Shown: positions 8,680-18,380 of the stretch, piece after piece
Position numbering within the stretch: the stretch's first letter is position 1
Layout: every line of letters starts with the position of its first letter
Source of the DNA: Bdellovibrionales bacterium
GTDB taxonomy: Bacteria > Bdellovibrionota > Bdellovibrionia > Bdellovibrionales > UBA1609
DNA length: 32,000 nucleotides
Direction: 5' to 3'
Assembly (NCBI GenBank): GCA_965247685.1
Contig: OZ252021.1
Coordinates: forward strand, 180,001 to 212,000
Notes under the pieces: generated by a model
Databases searched by the model: none
Told to the model about the DNA's origin: nothing
The model's input: only the letters and a program-made list of their open reading frames with translations
Made by a program: the position numbers and the translations under genes

Positions 8680-8708
8680 TTGACAACATCAGACTTGAAA
8701 TCTAAATT
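8680..8708 (+). promoter_or_regulatory. candidate sigma70-type promoter (TTGACA - 17 nt - TAAATT)
   Basis: TTGACA at 8680-8685 and TAAATT at 8703-8708 with 17-nt spacing. Would give a leader of about 140 nt before the ATG at 8855. Confidence 0.35.
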
Positions 8709-8854
8709 TTCGGACAAGACAATGGAGTATAGAGGCTTTCCTTCCTACACTTTGTCGGGCGAGAAAAAAGTGAAATCTTGTTGAGTAATCAAGGAGCGTT
8801 TATTTACGGAAAGAAGTTCATAATTTTGCTAACATTTAACGATAAGGAGTTATT

Positions 8855-9184
8855 ATGACCGAACAACAGCAGAGTAAAGATAATTTTATCTTTAAAGATT
8901 TTGAACCCAATCGTTTCCTTAAAGCCTACTGCAAGCAAGTATATTGCTTAGTTGAAGAAAGAGCTCCCAGTGACGCCACTAAAATAGCTCTGTTATACAG
9001 AGTGAGAACCGGTTTCGAAGGTTCTGTTCGCATAGTTTCTGAATCTTGCACATTCTTTATTACATCGATTCATTCTGAACCTCGTCTTGTTGTGGATGAC
9101 CTATATACTCAGTTTACTCAAAAGATCTTTCACTGGATTCAAAATCGAGAACTTGATTATCAGAACAATTTAATGAATGTTTAG
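8855..9184 (+). CDS. hypothetical protein, possibly HPF/RaiA-like fold
   Basis: 109 aa with strong RBS AAGGAG. The predicted beta-alpha-beta-beta-beta-alpha order resembles ribosome hibernation factors. This rests only on pattern impression. Confidence 0.55.
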   Translation: MTEQQQSKDNFIFKDFEPNRFLKAYCKQVYCLVEERAPSDATKIALLYRVRTGFEGSVRIVSESCTFFITSIHSEPRLVVDDLYTQFTQKIFHWIQNRELDYQNNLMNV

Positions 9185-9269
9185 TTTTTTTGCATTCATT
9201 TTCTTCCAAAAAGAAAGTCACAACTGAAGTTGTGTTGAAGTTTAATTCATTATACATTCTTTGCAAACT

Positions 9270-10004
9270 ATGAACAAAAAAGAAAATCCTTGGTTAAACA
9301 TTGCCTTTAATATTATTCTCCCTGTCGTAATTTTAAATTATGCCTCTCAGACTGTACCAGTACTTACACCTCTTCATACTCTTTTGATTGCTCTCAGTTT
9401 TCCTATTGTTTATGGTCTGCTTGATTACATCAATAACAAGCACAAAAATCTCTTATCTATTATAGGAGTTCTGAATACTTTGTTGACAGGAGGCTTCGCT
9501 CTTTTCACCTTAGATGGTTTTTGGTTTGCAGTAAAAGAAGCAGCTATTCCATTTACTTTAGGCGTAGGAGTTTTAATCTCTTTATTTACAAATACACCAT
9601 TGATGAAATGGTTCGTTCATCGCTCATCTATATTCCGAGTTGAAGTGATTCTTTCTCGTCTGGATTCAGAATTAAAAAAACAACATTACGAAAATCTCAT
9701 TAAAAAATCTACTCTCTATTTGTCTTGTTGTTTCTTTTTGAGTTCTATTTTAAATTTCATATTAGCACGTCGTATTTTTAAAAACACACTACCTCAAAAC
9801 TCCTCCTTAACAGACCATCAGATTATGCTCAATGAACAAATAGCGGACATGACATGGGTTAGTTTCTTAGTAATTGGAGTGCCTCTAACTGTTATTTCTG
9901 TTTGGACAATGTGGTGGTTTATGTCAGAAGTTAAAAAACTCACCTCTTTATCTTTAGAAGAAGTGATGAACATGGAATTTCAAAAGAAAAAAGAAACTCA
10001 ATAA
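9270..10004 (+). CDS. multi-pass inner-membrane protein (possibly VC0807-like family)
   Basis: About 244 aa with five to six hydrophobic helices. N-terminus MNKKENPWLNIAFNIILPVVILNY. The ORF track begins at TTG 9261; ATG 9270 is preferred. Confidence 0.6.
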   Translation: MNKKENPWLNIAFNIILPVVILNYASQTVPVLTPLHTLLIALSFPIVYGLLDYINNKHKNLLSIIGVLNTLLTGGFALFTLDGFWFAVKEAAIPFTLGVGVLISLFTNTPLMKWFVHRSSIFRVEVILSRLDSELKKQHYENLIKKSTLYLSCCFFLSSILNFILARRIFKNTLPQNSSLTDHQIMLNEQIADMTWVSFLVIGVPLTVISVWTMWWFMSEVKKLTSLSLEEVMNMEFQKKKETQ

Positions 10005-10009
10005 TCGAT

Positions 10010-10615
10010 ATGCCAACACGAAAGTTTAATCCTGAAAATATTCCTCAGCCTATTCTTAAAACTTCTCACCCATTACTCGCTCCTTCTTCTACAGAATGCT
10101 GGGACCTTGAAATTGGATGCGGTGATGGAGAATTCAGTTTCAATAGAGCCATCAATCATCCTGATAAAAATATCATTGCCATTGAAAAAACAAGAAATAA
10201 AATTCAAAGACTCCAATTAAAAGAAAATCCTCCAAAAAATTTATGGACTCTTCATACCAATGCCGTATGGTGGGTGAGTCACTATGTTCCACCAATATCT
10301 TTGGATAATATTTTCATCCTTTACCCGAATGTGTATAAAAAGAAAAAACAAGCTAACCTCAGATGGGTGAATCGCCCTTTTTTGCACTTCTTATTGGAAA
10401 GGCTTAAAATGAACGGTTATATTGAATTTCGAACTAATGAACTTTTTTACTATCAAGAAACAAAAGAGAGAATGATTCAAAAATTTCCTTTTATGAAGTG
10501 TGTTGAGGATAAAAAAATACCTCCTACACATAATCCAGAAACAACATATGAGCGAAAGTATCTCACCCGAATGCACTGCTTTGCTTTGAAATTCTTAAAA
10601 CAGGCTCATGAGTGA
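10010..10615 (+). CDS. trmB: tRNA (guanine46-N7)-methyltransferase
   Basis: 201 aa. SAM-binding LEIGCGDGEFS, IAIE, a NIFILYPN-type block and YERKY near the C-terminus are typical of TrmB. Confidence 0.75.
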   Translation: MPTRKFNPENIPQPILKTSHPLLAPSSTECWDLEIGCGDGEFSFNRAINHPDKNIIAIEKTRNKIQRLQLKENPPKNLWTLHTNAVWWVSHYVPPISLDNIFILYPNVYKKKKQANLRWVNRPFLHFLLERLKMNGYIEFRTNELFYYQETKERMIQKFPFMKCVEDKKIPPTHNPETTYERKYLTRMHCFALKFLKQAHE

Positions 10616-10616
10616 T

Positions 10617-11006
10617 TTATAAAAAAAGTTGTTGCTCCAAGGGAATACTGTATACCTCCTTTTGCTCCCTCTCTTTTATTCTTTGTTCAAGGAATTTCTT
10701 TTTTAAAACACTCTTACTAAAGAGTCCTGGATGCGTGTATATTTGAAATATTCTCTCTGCTTTGTCTTGATGATTTTCAAAAACTCTCTGATTCAAAAAC
10801 TGTAACTTCAGTTCTTTCTTTCTTTTTTCTCTTTTTCCTTTTTCTAACACATAGGATTTTTGAGATTGCATCTTTTCTTTTTTTCTACTCTCAGTTTGAT
10901 CAATATACTCTTCAAAATCTACCTGCCTTTGCTTCCACAAGGACTCTCTTGAAAAACTTGTCTCTACAGTACCCATCACAACAAATAGAATAATAATATA
11001 AAGCAT
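10617..11006 (-). CDS. membrane-anchored Lys/Glu-rich hypothetical protein
   Basis: The ORF track extends to 11066. ATG at 11006 is preferred: AGAGG lies 5 nt upstream and it gives N-terminal TM MLYIIILFVVMGTV. The rest is highly charged. Confidence 0.4.
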   Translation of the reverse strand: MLYIIILFVVMGTVETSFSRESLWKQRQVDFEEYIDQTESRKKEKMQSQKSYVLEKGKREKRKKELKLQFLNQRVFENHQDKAERIFQIYTHPGLFSKSVLKKKFLEQRIKEREQKEVYSIPLEQQLFL

Positions 11007-11153
11007 TCCGACCTCTTGGAATATATCGGTCAAAAGCTCTATATTTTTAAATACTCTAATAATCATCCCGCCTCCAAGTTAAACTTCAACGTTTTAAAGG
11101 GTTGCAACATCATCATTCATGGGATAAAAACTATAGCCAGCAAAAGAGGAAAT

Positions 11154-12257
11154 ATGAATTTTTCGACGGAATGGTTAGGGTTTATAGATTGGGGTTATAT
11201 GTTCTCCCTCTTAAGCTCTGCATGGACCTTTTTGTATGTCGTTTTTATATGGCTTTTCAAAGTGTTGCTGAATATAGCTGTATATATTGGTGCCTTAGTA
11301 TTAATTATTTTTTTAATTACAAAAATTCGGGGGAAAAGTATGAAAAAACAAAAAAAGAGCATCAAAGTTACTGATCTGGGTCAGCAGTTGGACTCTTACT
11401 CCTTACAAGTCAAGAAAGTAATAACAAATAACAAAGTATTTAAAAAAATCCTATCTATTTCCAAACAAAAAAGAAAAAATCTGAACAAAAAAAACGCTCA
11501 TGGTCCCGTTGTTTTTGTTGTTGATTTTAAAGGAGATATTAAAGCATCTCAAGTAGAGCTATTTCGAGATGAAGTTTCCACTATTTTACAGACAGCGGAT
11601 CCGAAGAAAGATGAAGTCGTTGTTCGTATTGAAAGTCGTGGAGGTGCTGTTCATGGTTATGGACTCGCAGCTAGCCAACTCCAAAGAATTCGAAATCACA
11701 AAATTCCATTGACGATTTGTATTGATAAGGTGGCAGCCAGTGGAGGATACATGATGGCTTGTGTGGGAGATAAAATTTTAGTTGCACCTTTTGCCATCGT
11801 TGGATCAATTGGCGTGATCTCCATGTTTCCAAATTTTAATCGCTTGTTAAAAAATAAAGATATAGACTACCAAGAGTTTACAGCGGGAGAGTTCAAAAGA
11901 ACAGTCACTATGTTTGGAGAAGTCACTCAAAAAGGCAAAGATAAGCTGCTCGCTGATTTACAAGATATACACGAACTCTTTAAAACTCATGTTCAAGAAA
12001 ACCGCCCTTCTTTGGATATGTCCAAAGTTGCAACAGGTGAATACTGGTATGGTATTCGAGCTAAGGAATTAAACTTAGTCGATGAAATTATGACAAGTGA
12101 TGATTATATTCATCAACTGCTGAAAGATCACAAAAAAGTCTTTAAAATAGAATTGTCAGTCCAAAAAAGCTTAACAGATAAGCTAGGAAGTAAAATCCAA
12201 AACTTAATGTCGAATTCTTTAACAGAGCAACCGTCTGAACAAGTGATTCAATATTAG
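11154..12257 (+). CDS. sohB: S49-family inner-membrane peptidase SohB
   Basis: ATG 11154 follows AGAGGA. It has an N-terminal TM pair, then VVFVVDFKGDI, ESRGGAVHGYG, VAASGGYMMA, GSIGV and a C-terminal SohB-type region. The upstream 46 codons in the track ORF overlap the divergent gene. Confidence 0.85.
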   Translation: MNFSTEWLGFIDWGYMFSLLSSAWTFLYVVFIWLFKVLLNIAVYIGALVLIIFLITKIRGKSMKKQKKSIKVTDLGQQLDSYSLQVKKVITNNKVFKKILSISKQKRKNLNKKNAHGPVVFVVDFKGDIKASQVELFRDEVSTILQTADPKKDEVVVRIESRGGAVHGYGLAASQLQRIRNHKIPLTICIDKVAASGGYMMACVGDKILVAPFAIVGSIGVISMFPNFNRLLKNKDIDYQEFTAGEFKRTVTMFGEVTQKGKDKLLADLQDIHELFKTHVQENRPSLDMSKVATGEYWYGIRAKELNLVDEIMTSDDYIHQLLKDHKKVFKIELSVQKSLTDKLGSKIQNLMSNSLTEQPSEQVIQY

Positions 12258-12289
12258 TTTCTTTAGGTTATACGGCTAAAAAGTAAAAT

Positions 12290-12763
12290 TTATTCAAAAT
12301 AAAAATCAATAATGGTATAAAACTGCTCTTTAGAAGGAGTCTTAACTTCGAAAGTGCCATTTTTAGTTTTCCCAATCATGCCGCGAGCTAAAGGAGACTG
12401 AATAGAAATTTTCTTTTGAGTGACTTCAGCTTCATCTTCACCAACGATTTGATAACTGCTTTGTTTTCCTTTTTCATCTTCAATAACCACATGGGCGCCA
12501 AAAGTTATTCTATCAGATTTAATTTGAGTAGGATCAATGACTTCAGCATTAGCAATACGATCAGAAATTTCAGCAATACGAGCTTCTGTCAAACCCTGTT
12601 GCTCCTTGGCTGCATCATAGTCTGCATTCTCACTCAAATCGCCTAAGCTACGAGCATACTCAATGGACTTAATAATCTCCAGTCGCTTAACTTGAACAAG
12701 ATACTTCAGCTCCGCTTCTAACTTAGCTTTACTTTGTACAGTCATTGGTCTTCTTCTGGACAT
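12290..12763 (-). CDS. greA: transcription elongation factor GreA
   Basis: 157 aa with a GDLSENADYDAAKEQQ acidic finger region and a C-terminal ISIQSPLARGMIGK motif. Confidence 0.93.
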   Translation of the reverse strand: MSRRRPMTVQSKAKLEAELKYLVQVKRLEIIKSIEYARSLGDLSENADYDAAKEQQGLTEARIAEISDRIANAEVIDPTQIKSDRITFGAHVVIEDEKGKQSSYQIVGEDEAEVTQKKISIQSPLARGMIGKTKNGTFEVKTPSKEQFYTIIDFYFE

Positions 12764-12895
12764 GAATCCTCCGAAAAATTGAACATTTTATTGAAAACCC
12801 GCCAGCATGCAACAATAATTGTATTTATTTTTAATAATACTGAATTAATCCCTAAAATCATATAAAAAATCAGTGATATAGTCAAAAACTACCGT

Positions 12896-14260
12896 GTGGA
12901 GAGAAGAGTGAAAAATTTAATGAGAGTGAAAAGTCAGTTTTTAGAACTCAAAAATGCTCTGGATAATCAACAAAGTCCTAAGTCTTTATTAGCACGTATG
13001 GAAGCCGCAGATATAGCATCCTTTGTATCCAACGAAGAAGAGTATTTTTCTCAGCTTGTCTCGATACTGATTGAAATGAATAAAATTGGTTCTGTCCTAG
13101 AAGAAATGCCTTCGGACAAACTGAAGCCTATACTCACTGAAATGACAGACATTCAAATGGATAGTTTATTTCAAAAAGCCCAAATTGACGACCTAGTTTA
13201 TTTATTTCCCTTTATCCCCAAAGATAAACAAACTCGCACTCTCAATAATTCTTCTAGAAAAGAACAATTGCTAAGATTCTTGGAATACTCAAAAGATCAA
13301 GCCGGTCGCATTATGCGTACACCTCTTTTTGCTCTACCGACTCACACAACCGTTTCTGATAGTATTCAACAACTTAGAAAAAGATCTATAGAAGAATTTA
13401 TTTTTTACATTTACTGTACTAACAAGGAAGGTCAACTCACAGGTGTCGTTTCTATGAGACAAGTCGCCACAGCTCCAGCTCATACCACTCTCCAAGAACT
13501 TATGAAGACTAATGTGATTTCCGTACAACCTACTATGACCACAAGAGAAGTAGCTCGTATGGCTGCTCACTATGATTTCTTAGCGCTACCTGTGATTAAT
13601 GAACAAAATAAACTTCTCGGCTTAATTACTATGGATGATATTATTGATATCATTCAAGATCAAAATACCTCCAACCTTTATGCAAGAGCGGGTTTACAAC
13701 TACAAGAAACTGTCCACACAAGTCCATGGATCAGCATTAGAAATAGATTACCTTGGATGTTTCTCAATTTATGCCTCGCTGTTATCGCAAGCTCTGTGAT
13801 TAGTTTATTTGAACAAACAATGAGTCGTTTGATTATACTTGCCAGCCTTAAAAATATTGTAGCAAGCATGGGAGGGAACACAGCCATTCAAACTCTCACA
13901 GTGACCACTCGTGGAATTGCCACAGGAGAGTTCAGGTTTACATCCTTTTCTCAAGCTCTTATGAAGGAGCTTCTTGTTGGACTCGTTATGGGCATCATTA
14001 TGGGTATCAGCACAGGATTTATTACTTATCTTTGGAAAGATGATATTCTTGTATCCGTTGTAATTATGGTGGCCATGATTTTGAACTTCCTAATGGCGGT
14101 TATTATGGGCTCTATCATTCCTATTATTCTCACTCTATTTCGAAAAGATCCAGCTGTAGGAAGTGGAGTTCTTGTCACTATGATCACAGATATTTTCGGA
14201 TTTTTCACATTTTTATTTATAGCGCAAATAGGACTTCGATATTTTAACTTAGCACTCTAA
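12896..14260 (+). CDS. mgtE: magnesium transporter MgtE
   Basis: About 450 aa. N-domain, then a CBS pair (AGRIMRT..., LALPVINEQNKLLGLITMDDIID), then a TM domain with MGGNTAIQT and VTMITDIFGFFTFL. Start uncertain: GTG 12896, GTG 12908 (GGAG upstream) or ATG 12920. Confidence 0.9.
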   Translation: MERRVKNLMRVKSQFLELKNALDNQQSPKSLLARMEAADIASFVSNEEEYFSQLVSILIEMNKIGSVLEEMPSDKLKPILTEMTDIQMDSLFQKAQIDDLVYLFPFIPKDKQTRTLNNSSRKEQLLRFLEYSKDQAGRIMRTPLFALPTHTTVSDSIQQLRKRSIEEFIFYIYCTNKEGQLTGVVSMRQVATAPAHTTLQELMKTNVISVQPTMTTREVARMAAHYDFLALPVINEQNKLLGLITMDDIIDIIQDQNTSNLYARAGLQLQETVHTSPWISIRNRLPWMFLNLCLAVIASSVISLFEQTMSRLIILASLKNIVASMGGNTAIQTLTVTTRGIATGEFRFTSFSQALMKELLVGLVMGIIMGISTGFITYLWKDDILVSVVIMVAMILNFLMAVIMGSIIPIILTLFRKDPAVGSGVLVTMITDIFGFFTFLFIAQIGLRYFNLAL

Positions 14261-14365
14261 TTTATTCTAATTTTTTATAAAAAGAAAATTTTAATTTATC
14301 AGAGTATGTGACGATAAGTCTTAAGTCAAAAACATTTTATCAAAACCTCAAAATAGAGATAAGTC

Positions 14366-15340
14366 ATGCCTCTTCAAAAAACAGATATTCGTAATTTAAT
14401 TCATGATATAAAAAAATCCCAACGTATTATTCTCACAACACATAAAAGTTGTGACTCTGACGGGTTGGGCTCTATACTCGCTCTTCATGACTCTCTTCAA
14501 TCCATAGGAAAGAAAGTACAATCTTTATCTATAGGTGAAGTTCCAAAAAGATATAATTTTATGAAACACCATGGCCGTGTAGAAACATATCCTAAACAAG
14601 CTCTTCAAGAAGCTGATCTCGCTTTAATTTTTGATACGAATGATCCCCTTTACGTGGAGCCTTTGTACTCTGATTTATTGAAAAAAACTAAAAAACAAGT
14701 TTTTATTGATCACCATTGCCCTGTTCAAAATTCTTCAAAATTAAATTTATTAATTGATGAAAACGCAGCAAGTACAGGAGAACTTTGTCATATTTTATTA
14801 GAAGAAATGAAAATTCCTATCACAAAAGAAGTTGCTCGATCTCTGTATATTAGTATTATGTTTGACACTCACATGTTTCGAAGTTCTAAAAATTTATCTC
14901 AAGCTTTTTATACCTGCTCCAAACTTTGCCATCATGTGGATGCTAATGAAATTTACAACGAATTATTTTGCCAATATGATCATAAAAACTGGCAAGATAT
15001 AATTAAGCTGTTGAATCAAGTCCAATACAACAAAGACCATAGTGTTGCTTTTATAGAATGTTCTTATGAGCAATTTCAAAAAAACTCTCTAAGTATCTTT
15101 CATATTTTAGACATTTTAGATTGGGTGATGAAAGTTCAATCTGTTTTGGTGGGCTTTATTAGTATTGAAAAAAAAACTCAACTTTATAAATTAAGCTTTA
15201 GAAGCAAAAAAGGAGTTAATGTCGCATCATTAGCTGAATCTTTAGGAGGAGGAGGGCATATACGCTCTGCTGGAGCTACATTAAGTGATTACTCTAGAGA
15301 CAAGATAATAAAGCTTGCTGAAAAAGCTATCTCATCTTGA
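14366..15340 (+). CDS. nrnA: DHH/DHHA1 phosphoesterase, NrnA-like oligoribonuclease / pAp phosphatase
   Basis: 324 aa with HKSCDSDGLGS, FDTND, IDHH and a DHHA1 GGGGH motif. Confidence 0.8.
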   Translation: MPLQKTDIRNLIHDIKKSQRIILTTHKSCDSDGLGSILALHDSLQSIGKKVQSLSIGEVPKRYNFMKHHGRVETYPKQALQEADLALIFDTNDPLYVEPLYSDLLKKTKKQVFIDHHCPVQNSSKLNLLIDENAASTGELCHILLEEMKIPITKEVARSLYISIMFDTHMFRSSKNLSQAFYTCSKLCHHVDANEIYNELFCQYDHKNWQDIIKLLNQVQYNKDHSVAFIECSYEQFQKNSLSIFHILDILDWVMKVQSVLVGFISIEKKTQLYKLSFRSKKGVNVASLAESLGGGGHIRSAGATLSDYSRDKIIKLAEKAISS

Positions 15341-15478
15341 AACAAATGCAGGTGATTTCTCTTAATCAAATTCCAGACATTCCTCAAAAAGAGATTCAAT
15401 ATGTGCCAAATACTTTTCTGAAAACTTTACTACCTTTAGCTAAATAACATTTTAGAGGGCTTCATAGAAAGTAAGTCC

Positions 15479-16912
15479 TTAGCGAGGGAATGTGCAGGTA
15501 AACTTAGATCCTTTTCCCCTTCTACGACTTGTGAGATAAACATGACCTCCATGTTTTTCCATAACTTGTTTCACAATAGCAAGCCCTATTCCTGTACCAC
15601 CCTTTTCACGAGATCGATCTTCTTCCACACGATAAAATCTTTCAAAAATACGATGTTGATGTTGCAAAGGTATACCCTCACCATCATCTTTGACCGTTAA
15701 TAGAATAAAGTGAGGATGTTTCTCCCAAATAATATCAATTTGTGTTCCTGCCGGAGTATATTTAACTGCATTATAAACCAAATTATATAAAACCTGCTCC
15801 AACCACTGACGAGAAGCCAATACAGTCTCAGCATGAAAAGTATAATGAATATTATGCTTTTCTGAAGGGATAGTTTCACTTGTCACAAATGTAATTTCTC
15901 TCGTATTAATTTCTTGTTTATCTAATGCAGAAATAGAATCAATATGAGATAAACTTAATAAATCATCAATCAGATTCATTAATCGTGTCAGATTACGGCT
16001 AATAATATCTAAAAATTGTTGGATTTGATCATATTTTTCTCTTTTAAAATCTTCATTAATGGTTTCAACAAAACCCTTGATAGAAGTCAGGGGGGTTTTT
16101 AATTCATGAGATACACTGCTCACAAAATCAATTTGACTTTTTTCTGTATTTTTTATCTCTGTTTTATCAAACAACACAATAATAACACCATTTTTCTCAT
16201 CTAAATCATGAGCCAAAGGAGAGATGGAAACTTCAAAAATACGATGCTGATTATATTCACTGACATTTAAAGCAACTTCTAATTTTAAAGATAAACCGTT
16301 TTCTAAACATTGATCACACCCTTTTAAGATATCGTGTGAAAAAATAACATCTTGTACAGGCTCCTTCAGTTGTGCTTTTGGAAACAAATTTACACTTTGT
16401 GGATTAAAAAATATAATATTTTTGTTACTATCCACTGCGATAATAGAATCTGATACAGAAGCAGCAATCGCTTCTAATTCCGCTTTTTCATAAGCTAATT
16501 GCAAACTTGTTTGTTTGATATTTTTATAGATTAAATGCAAGTTTTCATCAATAATATGAAAAGTTTCATGATCAATATCCGCTTCTCCTTTTTCAAAAGT
16601 TTGCAAAGTTTTAAGAGAAATATCTTTTGCGGCAGATATCTGGGTTAATTTTTTAATTTTCTCATTAGCTTGATAAAAAGGCTTTAAAAATAAAGAGAGA
16701 ATAAATAATAACAAAATAAAACTTATAACAAATCCGATTAAAATCAGAAAAATTAAAAAATAAGACAAAAACTCTTTTGGGATATGAGGCGTAACGACTT
16801 TCTCAATCAAAACAAAAATTAAAAGCGAATAGACAGAAAAAACAGCAACAGATAAAAATAAATATTTCTTAAAAATTCTAAATAGAGAAGAATAAGGAAA
16901 CTTATTATTCAT
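15479..16912 (-). CDS. phoR: phosphate regulon sensor histidine kinase
   Basis: 477 aa. Two N-terminal TM helices, a PAS-like region, H-box SHELKTPLTSIKGF, N-box YNAVKYTP, and G-boxes DDGEGIP and GGTGIGLAIVK. Overlaps phoB by 8 nt. Confidence 0.85.
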   Translation of the reverse strand: MNNKFPYSSLFRIFKKYLFLSVAVFSVYSLLIFVLIEKVVTPHIPKEFLSYFLIFLILIGFVISFILLLFILSLFLKPFYQANEKIKKLTQISAAKDISLKTLQTFEKGEADIDHETFHIIDENLHLIYKNIKQTSLQLAYEKAELEAIAASVSDSIIAVDSNKNIIFFNPQSVNLFPKAQLKEPVQDVIFSHDILKGCDQCLENGLSLKLEVALNVSEYNQHRIFEVSISPLAHDLDEKNGVIIVLFDKTEIKNTEKSQIDFVSSVSHELKTPLTSIKGFVETINEDFKREKYDQIQQFLDIISRNLTRLMNLIDDLLSLSHIDSISALDKQEINTREITFVTSETIPSEKHNIHYTFHAETVLASRQWLEQVLYNLVYNAVKYTPAGTQIDIIWEKHPHFILLTVKDDGEGIPLQHQHRIFERFYRVEEDRSREKGGTGIGLAIVKQVMEKHGGHVYLTSRRRGKGSKFTCTFPR

Positions 16913-17627
16913 TGTTTATATAACCAATTCTATAGCCGACACCTCGGACAGTTTCAATCATTTTACCATACTCTCCAATCTTCTTTCGTAGCACAGATGT
17001 ATGAGTGTCTATGGTTCGACTCGTCACATTGATATCTTCCCCTTGTATGTAAGAAGCTAGATTTTGCCGAGAAAGAACTCTACCTTGATTTTTTAAAAGC
17101 GCCTCTAAAAGCAAAAATTCTGATAGTGTCAAAGAAACCTCTTGATCTTTGATAAAAACCTTAAAAGCACTTCGATCCAAAGTCATATCTCCGATATTGA
17201 GCTGATTTTTTGGACTAGAATCCGAAACCAACATATCTCGTCTGCGCAACAAACTTGCCACCCGCGCTAAAAATATCAACACATCAAATGGTTTAACAAT
17301 GTAATCATCAGCTCCATTTTCTAAAGCACTAATAATATGTTCAGGTTCGGATTTCGCTGTCACAAATAAAATAGGTGCAGAACCTGCAGGATGAGATTTT
17401 TTTCTTACTAAAGATAAAAGTTCAAAACCATTCATTCCTGGGAGCATCCAATCGAGAATAAGTAAATCAAATGTCTGATTCTCTAAAATATTATGAGCAG
17501 ACACTCCATCTACAGCTTCTTCCACTTGGTAGCCTTTGCGTTTTAGATGTAAAGACATCAACTGACGAATATCATATTCATCTTCTACCAAAAGAATAGA
17601 GGATTTTTTTGTGTCATTCTCCGCCAT
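16905..17627 (-). CDS. phoB: OmpR/PhoB-family response regulator
   Basis: Start placed at ATG 17627 (MAENDTKKSSILLVEDE). Receiver domain with DWMLPGMNG and VTAK. Winged-helix output with RTIDTHTSVLRKKIG and VRGVGYRI. The longer track ORF overlaps phoU. Confidence 0.88.
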   Translation of the reverse strand: MAENDTKKSSILLVEDEYDIRQLMSLHLKRKGYQVEEAVDGVSAHNILENQTFDLLILDWMLPGMNGFELLSLVRKKSHPAGSAPILFVTAKSEPEHIISALENGADDYIVKPFDVLIFLARVASLLRRRDMLVSDSSPKNQLNIGDMTLDRSAFKVFIKDQEVSLTLSEFLLLEALLKNQGRVLSRQNLASYIQGEDINVTSRTIDTHTSVLRKKIGEYGKMIETVRGVGYRIGYINNE

Positions 17628-18324
17628 GACGCACATCATACCCTGTGTTGAGGAAAATAATATCTTCTGCAATATTGGTCGAATGATCTGCAATTCTTTC
17701 TAAACCACTACTAGCCACAATAAATTCCACACCTGTAGGAATAAGATGATTATGATCTTTCATCATCTTTTGTGACTGTTTTTTAATTTGAATCTGCCAA
17801 GAATCCACAATATCATCCATAGCTAATACATCTTTTGAAAGCTGAAGATCTTCGTTAATAAAAGCCTTTAAAGTAAGACGAACCATTTCAATGGTCGACT
17901 GAAACATTTTATTTAATAAATCATGACAAGGTTGAGTAGCCTCTTTTATTTCCATTCTTTGAGATTTATGAGCAATATTAATAGCTAGATCTCCCATACG
18001 CTCCAAGTCGATACTCGCATATATGCAAGTAAGAATCAGCCTCAGATCTTTAGCTACGGGAGCTTGACGTGCCAAACCCCGAAAACATGCTTTTGAAAGT
18101 TTCAGTTGTAAGGTATTAATTTCAAATTCTCTTTGCTTCATGATCACCAATTTTTCGTTGGCTTGCTCAGGATTCATAATAATAAATTGAGCATCTGAAA
18201 TTGTTTTTTCCACACTAGTGCCCATAGTACTGATCAAGTCCTTCATGTGACCCAATTTCTCATCTAAAATACTTCGAAACTGCTCCGTATTCTTATTTTT
18301 TTTTCTTGCACTCTGTATACCCAT
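17614..18324 (-). CDS. phoU: phosphate signalling complex protein PhoU
   Basis: 236 aa with the duplicated PhoU repeat: DLERMGDLAINIA and GLERIADHSTNIAEDI. Confidence 0.9.
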   Translation of the reverse strand: MGIQSARKKNKNTEQFRSILDEKLGHMKDLISTMGTSVEKTISDAQFIIMNPEQANEKLVIMKQREFEINTLQLKLSKACFRGLARQAPVAKDLRLILTCIYASIDLERMGDLAINIAHKSQRMEIKEATQPCHDLLNKMFQSTIEMVRLTLKAFINEDLQLSKDVLAMDDIVDSWQIQIKKQSQKMMKDHNHLIPTGVEFIVASSGLERIADHSTNIAEDIIFLNTGYDVRHGGE

Positions 18325-18380
18325 AATTAACCCCTGATTTTTACATTGATTTTAATAGTTTGCAACTCGCACTCCATGAT

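Noticed and set aside
11016-11153. N-terminal extensions of track ORFs (sohB from 11016, phoB from 17693, pstS from 22054, ANK copy 3 from 29012, 3651 ORF, 4968 ORF)
   Set aside because: In each case an internal ATG with a proper Shine-Dalgarno gives a sensible N-terminus (signal peptide, TM or receiver domain). The extension overlaps a neighbouring gene or a non-coding repeat.
12764-12895. Possible M-box (Mg2+) riboswitch upstream of mgtE
   Set aside because: The intergenic region is only about 130 nt and is shared with the divergent greA promoter. No M-box-like conserved stems were recognised.
15346-15447. 33-codon ORF (MQVISLNQIPDIPQKEIQYVPNTFLKTLLPLAK) between nrnA and phoR
   Set aside because: It has no Shine-Dalgarno and no recognisable motif, and it lies in a convergent intergenic region. 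Insufficient support.
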